A stretch of DNA of 64,000 nt from an uncultured Chlamydiae bacterium (GTDB lineage: Bacteria > Chlamydiota > Chlamydiia > Chlamydiales > JAJFMB01): NCBI GenBank assembly GCA_963696295.1, contig CAVOJR010000001.1, forward strand, positions 3,136,001-3,200,000, written 5' to 3'. A program made the translations under genes and the position numbers. Numbering within the stretch: position 1 is the stretch's first letter; each line of letters starts with the position of its first letter. Shown one piece after another: positions 39,857 to 48,824 of the stretch. The notes under the pieces were generated by a model. It was not told the origin of the DNA. It ran no database searches and was given only the letters and a program-made list of their open reading frames with translations.

Positions 39857-40971
39857 AAAACGGCCTCAGCCTCTACTTTCATATCCCTTTCTGCACAAAA
39901 AAGTGTCCCTATTGTCATTTCTATGTGCTGCCTGACCTTGAGCGTTTCCATAATTTATTGCTGGAAGGTCTTGAGCTCGAATGGCAAAGATATAAGGAGC
40001 TCATTTCTGCCCATACGATCCGGACAATCTACTTTGGGGGAGGCACCCCTTCGCTTCTGAAAACTGAAGAAGTGGCAGAGCTGCTTCAGATGATCCGGAA
40101 CACGCACTCTATTGACGATATTGAAATCACTTTGGAAGCCAATCCCGAATTGATGACCGAGGAGAAACTGAAGGCCTTGCGCGCGCTCGGCATCAATCGT
40201 CTGAGTTTCGGCGTCCAGTCCTTCGATGAAAAGCTTCTGACGCTTCTCGGCCGCACCCATTCAGCCCATCAGGCCAAAGAGGCGATTCAAATGGCTGACA
40301 AGGCCGGCTTTAAAAATATCTCGCTCGATTTGATGTACGATCTTCCCCACCAGACTTTTGCCGCCTATGAAAACTCGCTCACACAGGCTCTCGAGCTGCC
40401 GATTACCCACCTCTCCCTCTATAACCTCACCATTGAGCCCCATACTTCCTTTTTTAAACATAAAAGTTCTCTGACCCCCCACATACCCGATCAGGAGACG
40501 AGCCTGCAGATGTACCGCCTGTCGCAAGAAGCGGCCAAAGCAGCCGGTTTTGAACAATACGAAATTTCTGCCTTCGCCAAGCCCGGATTTTCCTCAAAGC
40601 ATAACAGCGGGTATTGGATGGGCACCCCCTTTCTTGGCCTTGGCCCGTCCGCCTTCAGCTACTATGAGGGCAGGCGCTTTCGCAATATCGCCAATATTAA
40701 CCGCTACAAGGGAGCACTGGCCAAAGGGGAGTCCCCGGTCGATTTCGAGGAGGAGCTTTCCCCGGAAAACCGTCTAAAAGAATTGCTCGCCATCCAGCTC
40801 CGCCTGATTTGCGGGGTCGATCTGGAGGCCTTTCCCCCCTTGCCGCCCGAAACCCAAAAAGGGATCAGCCGGTTAATCGATCTGCAGTTGCTGAAGAGGG
40901 AAAAAAATATTCTCTCTTTGACCGGGCAGGGAATTTTGCTCTACGATTCCGTAGCGACGGAAATAATTTAA
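39850..40971 (+). CDS. hemW: Radical SAM heme chaperone HemW (HemN family)
   Basis: YFHIPFCTKKCPYCHF, GGGTPS and YEISAF motifs. Confidence 0.9.
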   Translation: MVENGLSLYFHIPFCTKKCPYCHFYVLPDLERFHNLLLEGLELEWQRYKELISAHTIRTIYFGGGTPSLLKTEEVAELLQMIRNTHSIDDIEITLEANPELMTEEKLKALRALGINRLSFGVQSFDEKLLTLLGRTHSAHQAKEAIQMADKAGFKNISLDLMYDLPHQTFAAYENSLTQALELPITHLSLYNLTIEPHTSFFKHKSSLTPHIPDQETSLQMYRLSQEAAKAAGFEQYEISAFAKPGFSSKHNSGYWMGTPFLGLGPSAFSYYEGRRFRNIANINRYKGALAKGESPVDFEEELSPENRLKELLAIQLRLICGVDLEAFPPLPPETQKGISRLIDLQLLKREKNILSLTGQGILLYDSVATEII

Positions 40972-40973
40972 TA

Positions 40974-41510
40974 TTACTTCTTTTTCGAAGGGAGTTTGAA
41001 TTCTTTCCCGTCCGCCACAAAAACCCCATTGCCCCAATGGTGGATGGTGCGGGGCCGTTTTTTCGAGGGAGTGATCCAGGCCTTGACAACCTCAAGGATA
41101 AAGATGTTGTACTTCTCGGTCATCTTCATATCGGTCACCCGGCATTCCAGATTGGCAAAGCACTCCTTGATAAGCGGGGCTTGCACCAGCTCCGCCGGCT
41201 CTTGAGTGAGCTGGAACTTCTTGAACTTGTCGACCCGTTTGCCGGAGATGTTGCCCACGCCGACGACCTGCTCAGCCAGATCCTCTGTCGGGATGTTGAT
41301 CACGCACTCTTTGGTCTCTTTCAAGATCTCGAAGGTGTAATTGCGGTTGCTGATCACGCAAGCGACCATAGGCGGCTCAAAATCGATCATCATATGCCAG
41401 GACATCGTCATGACATTGGCTTTTTCCTTGCGCGCCGTCGAGACCATGACCACCGGGCCCGGCTCGAGCAACTGGTAGACTTTTGAGAGCGGCAATGCTT
41501 TTTTGACCAT
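40974..41510 (-). CDS. Flavin reductase-like protein
   Basis: GPVVMVST, NVMTMSW and APLIKEC.ANLEC motifs. Confidence 0.85.
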   Translation of the reverse strand: MVKKALPLSKVYQLLEPGPVVMVSTARKEKANVMTMSWHMMIDFEPPMVACVISNRNYTFEILKETKECVINIPTEDLAEQVVGVGNISGKRVDKFKKFQLTQEPAELVQAPLIKECFANLECRVTDMKMTEKYNIFILEVVKAWITPSKKRPRTIHHWGNGVFVADGKEFKLPSKKK

Positions 41511-41598
41511 GAGTTACTCCAATCTGCTTCAAAGTCACCGGCGGCGGATCCTATCAGCCCAATAACGGACATGTTCAAGGGAATAACATGAGTTTTTT

Positions 41599-42027
41599 AG
41601 CTTGTCAAACTATACAACCAATCTGGTAAATAGAACCTTCACGCGAGCCTGAAGGTTGTACGACTTGTCGAGCTCAAGCTATACAACCACTCTGGTAAAT
41701 AGCACCTTCAAGCGAGCCTGAAGGTTGTACGACTTGTCGAGCTCAAGCTATACAACCAATCTGGTAAATAGAACCTTCACGCGAGCCTGAAGGTTGTACG
41801 ACTTGTCGAGCTCAAGCTATACAACCACTCTGGTAAATAGAACCTTCAAGCGAGCCTGAAGGTTGTACGACTTGTCGAGCTCAAGCTATACAACCACTCT
41901 GGTAAATAGCACCTTCAAGCGAGCCTGAAGGGCGGGATGTACTTGTCGAGCTCAAGCTATACAACCACTCTGGTAAATAGCACCTTCACGCGAGCCTGAA
42001 GGGCGGGGTTGTACGTGTCGAGCTTGT
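41599..42027. repeat. Tandem array (69 bp x4, 71 bp, plus the gene copy) duplicating the 3' end of gene 41957-42352
   Basis: Units start with CTATACAACC at 41610, 41679, 41748, 41817, 41886 and 41957; AGCTTGT at both edges. Confidence 0.95.
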
Positions 42028-42352
42028 ATTTTGTATTTGCCAGGTCCCGGCCGGAATAGAGAATGTCCAAGGCTGCGTCCCTGCGAGGCGGCGAGTTAAA
42101 TTGGCAATCCACAACGTTTCCCCTATAGGTATAGAAACGGTTTGCTCCATTTTTACCAACCTGTTGGATGGTACAATAAAAAGCGTTGCTTTGCCCGCCC
42201 CTGGCATAAGCTGCCTCAAATAGTTTAAAAAGAGTTGTCGGCTCTACGACATCGGTAAGCGGGGCGGTGGATCTGGGCGAGCCCGCCATTAAGTTTGACT
42301 GTACTGTGATATAATAGTCGTTTTCTGCAGTGCGGATGGTAGGTATAGACAT
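41957..42352 (-). CDS. Hypothetical protein, candidate effector
   Basis: AAGGAG SD; 131 aa beginning MSIPTIRT. Confidence 0.7.
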   Translation of the reverse strand: MSIPTIRTAENDYYITVQSNLMAGSPRSTAPLTDVVEPTTLFKLFEAAYARGGQSNAFYCTIQQVGKNGANRFYTYRGNVVDCQFNSPPRRDAALDILYSGRDLANTKYKLDTYNPALQARVKVLFTRVVV

Positions 42353-42510
42353 AAAAGGCTCCTTTAGTGTTTCGTTTGCTGAAATATATTAACACGCGGC
42401 CTGAAAAAAGGGTAGGAAATTCTTTGTTTTGAAAGTTTATGTCATTCTCTTTTGAATTGCTAAAAATAACTCATTTATTTTACAATTATTAAAATTAATG
42501 AGAGGTATTT

Positions 42511-44274
42511 ATGAAAAATTTTCTATTTGCTTTTATTGCAGTGCTATTTTTTAGCGCGGCCTGGGCTGATGATTCTACCGTAAAAGCGATGATCCACGAT
42601 CTGGAAGTCGCCAAATACCAATATGAGACCAAATACGCGCCAAAGGCGTGGAAAAAAGAGCGCTATGGCTGGAGCCTGGAGGAAAGCTTTTTGACCGCTA
42701 AAAGAAGGATCGAAACAGAAAGACCTCAAACGATCAAAGAATATCAAAAAATCTTTAGAGATTTCATCTTCTCAACAAATGATTATCACGTTAACGTTCG
42801 TTTCTATTCCACCGGCATCAGCTGGTTTCCCATGAAGATCAGAGGATTCCAGAACCGCTATTATATTGCCAATGATTTGAGTCCGACCCCGCAGAAAGTC
42901 CGCCTCTTTAACACTGAGGAGATCGATTGGGAAGCCTATGACGAAACCCTGGAAAAATTAATCCCCGGCAGTGAAATCCTCGCCATCGACGGAAAGCCTG
43001 TCGCCCAGGCGATTGAAGAGATCATCGACGATAAATTGGGCGGGGATCGCACTCCTACAGGATTTTCTCTCGCAGAACTTATGATTTTCACCCGCGCAGA
43101 ATCGGAGGCTGAAACATTCACGATTACCGTAAAAAATGATGATGAAGTCGAAGTATTGACTCTCCCATGGGTGAGAGTGCCGGAATGGATCAAAGAGCAG
43201 CCTCTTAAAGCGGCTGATCCTGAATTCCTGGAGGCCAGCTTCAATTTGACTAAGGGAAAAAAGAATCCAAAAAAGGCTATGGAAGCCATCGGTAAACTCC
43301 TTCGCAAGGACTATAGCATCAAAAATGTGCAGCCTTTGCTGTTCCAAAAGTTTGACGCTGAGGAAACTCAAAAAGACCGGCGCGAAAAAGGGTTTTTACC
43401 TGAGCTTGGCGACCTGTTATGGGAAACAGATAAAGACCAGGAGCTCTACGCCTATCTCTATAAAAATAAAAAAGGCCGCAAAATCGGGTACATTTACCTT
43501 GAGAGCTTCGATCCTTTCGACGCCGAAGCCATGGTAGAAGAGCTGATCGAAGCCATCGCTTTTTTGGAAAAGGAGTCTGATGCGCTGGTTTTTGACATCT
43601 CGAATAATCCGGGCGGCGATCCCTTTTATCTCTATGCGGTTTTATCCACTCTGACCGATAAGCCCCTGGCTTGCCCCACCCAAAGAGAAACCTTAATCCA
43701 GGAAGATTTGTATGACTATATCCTCTTGCAACAGCTTGTTGAATGGCTGGTGAAATGGGGCGCTGAAGAAGAAGAAGGGGTTTCGCCGAATTTATCCGGC
43801 TTTGTCATCGACGAGACTGTGATTCAAGAGATCCAGCAATACACCCGGTCTCTTTTAAAGAATTGGGAATCGGGCAAAAGATTATCCGAGCCTCTTTACT
43901 TATATGGAATTCCTGAAATCAGACCCCACCCTAAAGCCCATTACACCAAACCCATTCTTGTTTTGATCAACGAGCTCGATTTTTCCTGCGCCGATATTTT
44001 TCCTGCCATCTTGCAGGACAATCAAAGAGCCGTGCTTTTTGGCAAAAAAACAGCCGGAGCCGGCGGTTATGTGAGACCCTACCAGCACACCAGCCGGTTT
44101 GGCATCGCCTCCTACTCTATCACCGGTTCCATTTTAACCAGAACCAATGGAGAGGTCCTTGAAAACTTGGGCGTATCGCCTGATATTCCTTATGAAATAT
44201 CACTAAGGGATATTCAGGAAAATTATGCCGATTATATTCAAAAAGTGAATAAAGAAATCAACAAATTAATATAG
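42511..44274 (+). CDS. CPAF-like S41 protease, copy 1
   Basis: Signal peptide; YAPKAWKK, DYHV, NNPGG, DFSCADIFP and ENLGV motifs. Confidence 0.9.
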   Translation: MKNFLFAFIAVLFFSAAWADDSTVKAMIHDLEVAKYQYETKYAPKAWKKERYGWSLEESFLTAKRRIETERPQTIKEYQKIFRDFIFSTNDYHVNVRFYSTGISWFPMKIRGFQNRYYIANDLSPTPQKVRLFNTEEIDWEAYDETLEKLIPGSEILAIDGKPVAQAIEEIIDDKLGGDRTPTGFSLAELMIFTRAESEAETFTITVKNDDEVEVLTLPWVRVPEWIKEQPLKAADPEFLEASFNLTKGKKNPKKAMEAIGKLLRKDYSIKNVQPLLFQKFDAEETQKDRREKGFLPELGDLLWETDKDQELYAYLYKNKKGRKIGYIYLESFDPFDAEAMVEELIEAIAFLEKESDALVFDISNNPGGDPFYLYAVLSTLTDKPLACPTQRETLIQEDLYDYILLQQLVEWLVKWGAEEEEGVSPNLSGFVIDETVIQEIQQYTRSLLKNWESGKRLSEPLYLYGIPEIRPHPKAHYTKPILVLINELDFSCADIFPAILQDNQRAVLFGKKTAGAGGYVRPYQHTSRFGIASYSITGSILTRTNGEVLENLGVSPDIPYEISLRDIQENYADYIQKVNKEINKLI

Positions 44275-44281
44275 GTAAATC

Positions 44282-46093
44282 ATGAGAACAACTTTACTTT
44301 GCCTGGCGGCAGCTATTTCCATGGTGAGTTTCACTTATGGGAACAATGCCGATCAAAAAGCGATGATCCACGACCTGAAAGTGGCCAAGCAGATTTTTGA
44401 AACGAAATACGCTCCAAAGGCGTGGAAAAAAGAATACTTCGGCTGGACCCTGAATGATAGCTTTCAGAAAGCAATAAAGAAGGTTGAGAATTCCCCGACC
44501 ATAAAAGAATACCAACAAATCTTCAAAGAGTTCATCCTTTCCACTAAAGATTACCATGTCAACGTAGGCTTTTATTCGACTGCCAGAAACTGGTACCCCC
44601 TTATGGCGAATGAAGTTGACGGCCATTATTATGTTTCCAAACAAGAGGCTAATCTGCCTTTTGACTTTATCTTTTATAAATCAAATATCATGGAGCCTGA
44701 CGACACTGAAGAGTCAGGCGACCCGGCCCAAAGCATCGCGAGCGGCGATGAAATTGTCGCCATAGACGGCAAACCGGTAAGAAGCGTCATTGAAGCCCTG
44801 ATCGACAAATACCGCGGAGGAGACCGCACGCCTACTGGATACGCCATCGCCTGCAAATTGCTTTTCAATAACGCGGAAGATGAGCCTGAGTACTTCACTC
44901 TGACGGTGATTCCTCAAGGATCCGATACTCCGGTTGAGCACAGGCTGCGCTGGTATCAAATTCCGGAATGGATCGATGATCAACCCCTTCATAAAGATAA
45001 AAAACAACCCGAATTGCCAGATGCCAGCCTCCTTTTGGATCTGAAAAAAAAGGATCCTAAAAAGGTCTCCAAAGAAATCGGCAAACTTTTAGCCAAGGAT
45101 TACAGCGTCGCCTTTGTCAAACCTCTTTTACTTCAAGAGGAAAGCGAAGAGCCTGGAGAAGGAGAAGAGGAGATTCAGCTCGATTACCGCCGTAAAGGAG
45201 CCCTTCCTCCTTTGGGAGAAGTGTTATGGGAAACGGAAGCTAAAAACTGCCTCTATGCCTATCTTTATAAAAATGCCGAAGGGCGTAAAATCGGCTATAT
45301 CTATTTGCCCAATTTTAGTGGCGGCGATTGGCTGATTAAAGAGTTGGAGGCTGTGATCAACCGCTTTGAAAAAGAGTCCGATGCTCTGGTTTTCGACATC
45401 ACGAACAATCCGGGCGGCGATGCGATTTTCGCCTACGCTGTTTTGTCCACGCTGACCAGCAAACCGCTGGCATGCCCAACCCAGTATGAAACCTTAATTC
45501 AGCAGGACATGGATGTTTATTCGATCATCGATAACATTTTACCTATGATTCTCAAAGAGGAACCCCGCAAGACAAGCGATGATGAGGAAGAAGAGCCGCG
45601 TCTTCCCAATATCAACGGCCTTATTCTCACTGAAGAGCTGGTAAAACAAGTGCAAAGCTACGTGGAATCGATGCGTAAAACTTGGGGCTCAGGCAAAAGA
45701 TTCACCACGCCGCACCATCTTTTAGGCATACGGGAGATTCAACCCCATCCAAAAGCGCAATACACAAAGCCGCTGATGGTGTTGATCAACGAGCTCGATT
45801 TCTCATGTGGAGACATCTTCCCGGCCGTTCTGCAAGACAACCAAAGAGCGGTGCTCTTCGGCAAAAAGACAGCCGGCGCCGGCGGGTATGTCAGAGGCTT
45901 TCAGCACACCAGCCGTTTTGGCGTTGCGGGTTATTCGGTTACCGGCTCGCTTCTGCTCAGAACGAATGGCCAAGTGCTCGAAAACTTGGGCGTCACGCCT
46001 GATGTTCCTTATGAACTCACTTTAAGAGATATTCGCGAAAATTACGCGGATTACATTGAAAGAGTGAACAGCGAAATCAACAAGCTGATCTAA
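44282..46093 (+). CDS. CPAF-like S41 protease, copy 2
   Basis: Same motifs (DFSCGDIFP); tandem paralog. Confidence 0.9.
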   Translation: MRTTLLCLAAAISMVSFTYGNNADQKAMIHDLKVAKQIFETKYAPKAWKKEYFGWTLNDSFQKAIKKVENSPTIKEYQQIFKEFILSTKDYHVNVGFYSTARNWYPLMANEVDGHYYVSKQEANLPFDFIFYKSNIMEPDDTEESGDPAQSIASGDEIVAIDGKPVRSVIEALIDKYRGGDRTPTGYAIACKLLFNNAEDEPEYFTLTVIPQGSDTPVEHRLRWYQIPEWIDDQPLHKDKKQPELPDASLLLDLKKKDPKKVSKEIGKLLAKDYSVAFVKPLLLQEESEEPGEGEEEIQLDYRRKGALPPLGEVLWETEAKNCLYAYLYKNAEGRKIGYIYLPNFSGGDWLIKELEAVINRFEKESDALVFDITNNPGGDAIFAYAVLSTLTSKPLACPTQYETLIQQDMDVYSIIDNILPMILKEEPRKTSDDEEEEPRLPNINGLILTEELVKQVQSYVESMRKTWGSGKRFTTPHHLLGIREIQPHPKAQYTKPLMVLINELDFSCGDIFPAVLQDNQRAVLFGKKTAGAGGYVRGFQHTSRFGVAGYSVTGSLLLRTNGQVLENLGVTPDVPYELTLRDIRENYADYIERVNSEINKLI

Positions 46094-46109
46094 TTCAACG
46101 GGCCGTCAA

Positions 46110-46826
46110 CTATTGGCGGCCCTCCCTGTTCCATAAAAAAATAGCGCACCGCTTAGACAGATTCGGAAGCTGAAGTTTCTTCCAGCGCTCAATTGTGTGG
46201 CACATCACTCCTTGGGTCGGCAGGGTCAAATCCCAGGCGACGCAAAGCTTCGCACTGTTGTCGAGCGTATCAATGAGAGATTTTAAGGTGTAGTCATTCC
46301 GGTGGGGCGCTTCAATAAAGATATGCGTTCCCTCCTGTTTGGAAACAGAGGCGAATTTGGCGTTCCGCTCGTTTTCTTCCCGGGGCGGGTAGCCGTAAAA
46401 ACAAAAATGCTGCCCCGATAATCCCGACAGCATCAAAGCGAGGGTGATGGACGAGGGACCGATAAAGGCCTGCACCTGCAGCCCGAGGTGATAGGCGCGC
46501 GCTACCAGTTTGGCGCCCGGATCGGCGATGCAGGGTAGCCCGGCATCCGATACATACCCCCACCGCTCCCCCTTCTGAATCGGCTCCAGCAAAAAATCGA
46601 TCTCCTCGTCTGGGGTGTTTTTGTTGAAAAGGGCCAGCGGAATATTGTGCGCCGGCGTTTCGGTCTTGAAATGGCTTAAAAAACGGCGGCCGCCCGATTC
46701 GCTCTCGCTGATCAGGCCGTCGAGGGTCAATACGGCTTTATCGACGCTCGCCGGTAAAAAGGCCTCGTGATGGCGTTGCTCGCCCAGAAGATTCGGCAGA
46801 AGCAGCAAGGCTGGTTTCATTGGCAT
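46110..46826 (-). CDS. Tetrapyrrole-methylase family SAM methyltransferase (RsmI-like)
   Basis: VSDAGLPCIADPG, GPSS and FIEAPHR motifs. Confidence 0.85.
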   Translation of the reverse strand: MPMKPALLLLPNLLGEQRHHEAFLPASVDKAVLTLDGLISESESGGRRFLSHFKTETPAHNIPLALFNKNTPDEEIDFLLEPIQKGERWGYVSDAGLPCIADPGAKLVARAYHLGLQVQAFIGPSSITLALMLSGLSGQHFCFYGYPPREENERNAKFASVSKQEGTHIFIEAPHRNDYTLKSLIDTLDNSAKLCVAWDLTLPTQGVMCHTIERWKKLQLPNLSKRCAIFLWNREGRQ

Positions 46827-47812
46827 AACTCCGCGATTAAAATGTCGGTTAATAATTCAGGGGCCACAGGACTGCTTTTTACGGCGATCTCCGCCGCGTC
46901 GATCTTTAAAAGCCCCCGCTTAAAGCGCTGCAGGCCGTATTGGCCCGCCTGCTGGATGTGCCGTTCGAGAATAAACCCTTTCATGTAGGGAAACTGCGCG
47001 GGCACTTCCTGCTTCAAACCCTTTTCCAAAAGACAGCACACCTGATAGTCGGTTTGGAATTGGGAGCGGATCTGGCGCAGCAAGGTGAGGACCGGCAAAC
47101 CGTCGTCGAGGAGGGCGCGGGTAATGCGAAGCGCGGCCGGCGCCTGCCTCGCAAAGAGCGCTTCGCCAAGCTGCCAGATGGTTTCCTGGTTGACCGCTGA
47201 GGCGATGGCGGCGATATCCTGCATCTCAATAGCGTTTTTTCCCCCCGTATAGCAGATCAGCTTCTCCATCTCCTGCTGCAGCTGGCTTTGATCCAGCCCG
47301 GTCTGTTTGACTAAGAGCTTGGCCATCTGCGGGGAAATCTTCTTCTTCGCGGCGCTGAAGTACTCCGCGACCCACTCTTCCAGGGCCTTCTCCTTTTCCC
47401 ACGGCTTCAATTCGGGAATGTCGAGAATAATGCCCAGCTCCTCCAGGCTTTTATAGAGGGTGGAGCCCCGGTGCAGGGCGGATCCGGAGAGAATGAGGCA
47501 GACATCCCTCGGCAGGTTTTTTAACGCCTGGGAGAGCGTCGCCAGTTGCGGTTTAGTCAGCGCTTCGATTTCCCGGATCTGGATAATTCTTTTTTCGGAG
47601 AAGAGGGAAAAAGAGGAGAGGTCGCCCAGAGCCGCGTCGATTTTGGCCGACTCGTAGCTTTTGATGGGCAAAGGCAGCACGCCGAGCAGCGCATCCACCC
47701 CGCGCTTCAAATCGAAAGAATCCTTGGACAGCAGGGTATAGAGCGGGGAGAGGTGCAGGGAGGCGGAGGCTTGCAGGTGTTTTTCAAAAGCTCTTAAATT
47801 ATCAAACTTCAC
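46817..47812 (-). CDS. holA: DNA polymerase III delta subunit
   Basis: SLFSEKRII, EMEKLICY and IWQL motifs; chlamydial synteny with the methylase. Confidence 0.85.
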   Translation of the reverse strand: MKFDNLRAFEKHLQASASLHLSPLYTLLSKDSFDLKRGVDALLGVLPLPIKSYESAKIDAALGDLSSFSLFSEKRIIQIREIEALTKPQLATLSQALKNLPRDVCLILSGSALHRGSTLYKSLEELGIILDIPELKPWEKEKALEEWVAEYFSAAKKKISPQMAKLLVKQTGLDQSQLQQEMEKLICYTGGKNAIEMQDIAAIASAVNQETIWQLGEALFARQAPAALRITRALLDDGLPVLTLLRQIRSQFQTDYQVCCLLEKGLKQEVPAQFPYMKGFILERHIQQAGQYGLQRFKRGLLKIDAAEIAVKSSPVAPELLTDILIAELCQ

Positions 47813-47906
47813 GAGGATTCCGCCAATGAGTAAAACACGATAATAGCATGGTGAGCCATAAAAGAAAAGCTCGACAAAATGGCTTTCCCTTCCTTATTCT
47901 TCTTTC

Positions 47907-48824
47907 ATGCATGAGCTATATTCATTTCTGGATTCAGAGGGTCTTTTGCTGGACGTGCGCAGCCCCTCCGAGTTTGCGAGAGCCCATATCCCGGGCGCCC
48001 TCTCCTTTCCCCTTTTTACCGATGAGGAGCGCGCCCTGGTGGGCACCTGCTACAAGAGCCGCGGCCAAAAAGAGGCGATTGCACTCGGCCTCTCCCTCGT
48101 CGGGCCGAAACTGCACCTCTTTGCCAATGGAGCCGAGGAGCTCTTGAAGGGGCGGCGAGCCAGGATCTACTGCTTCAGGGGCGGCATGCGCTCCTCCTCC
48201 ATGAGCTGGCTGCTCCGTCTCATCGGGATCGAGCTGATCACCCTGAAGGGGGGCTACAAGGCCTTCCGGCGCGAGGCGGCCAATCTGGAACAGCTCCTCA
48301 AAGAAAAGCGCTTCTCTTTCACCGTCATCGCCGGGCTCACCGGCTGCGGCAAGACCGCCCTGCTCCACGAGAGGCGAAGAAGCGGAAAACAGATACTCGA
48401 TCTGGAAGGGCTCGCCAATCACCGGGGCAGCGCCTTTGGCGCCATCGGCCAGAACCCCCAGCCAACCCAAGAGATGTTTGAAAACCTGATTTACAGCGAG
48501 CTTAGGAAAATCCCGCCAACGGCCTCTCTTTGTATCGAAGACGAGAGCCGCCTGATCGGCCGCCTTGTGATTCCAAGCCCCCTGTTCGAAGCGATGCGGG
48601 AGGCTCCTAAAGAGCGGATCATAAGACCCCTCTCCGAGCGGATCGAATACCTCCTGCAGACTTACGGCTCATTCCCTAAATCGGCTCTTCTTGAAGCCGT
48701 GGGCAGGCTCCACAAGCGGCTCGGCGGGGAGCGGGCAGAGAGAATCACCTCTCACATCCAGGCCGGGCGCTTAAAAGAAGCCGCCGCTGAGCTTCTCGAA
48801 TACTATGACCGCAGCTACTCATAG
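47907..48824 (+). CDS. selU: tRNA 2-selenouridine synthase
   Basis: Rhodanese DVRSPSEF, CFRGGMRS, P-loop GLTGCGKT, DLEGLANHRGS and EDESR motifs. Confidence 0.9.
   Translation: MHELYSFLDSEGLLLDVRSPSEFARAHIPGALSFPLFTDEERALVGTCYKSRGQKEAIALGLSLVGPKLHLFANGAEELLKGRRARIYCFRGGMRSSSMSWLLRLIGIELITLKGGYKAFRREAANLEQLLKEKRFSFTVIAGLTGCGKTALLHERRRSGKQILDLEGLANHRGSAFGAIGQNPQPTQEMFENLIYSELRKIPPTASLCIEDESRLIGRLVIPSPLFEAMREAPKERIIRPLSERIEYLLQTYGSFPKSALLEAVGRLHKRLGGERAERITSHIQAGRLKEAAAELLEYYDRSYS

Noticed and set aside
41599..42027. CRISPR array
   Set aside because: Units are near-identical over their full length with no unique spacers, derive from the adjacent gene, and no cas genes are present. The same holds for 24725-25118.
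41599..42352. Canonical type III toxin-antitoxin locus
   Set aside because: The repeats are downstream of and homologous to the ORF rather than upstream with a terminator, and I see no ToxN/CptN/TenpN resemblance.
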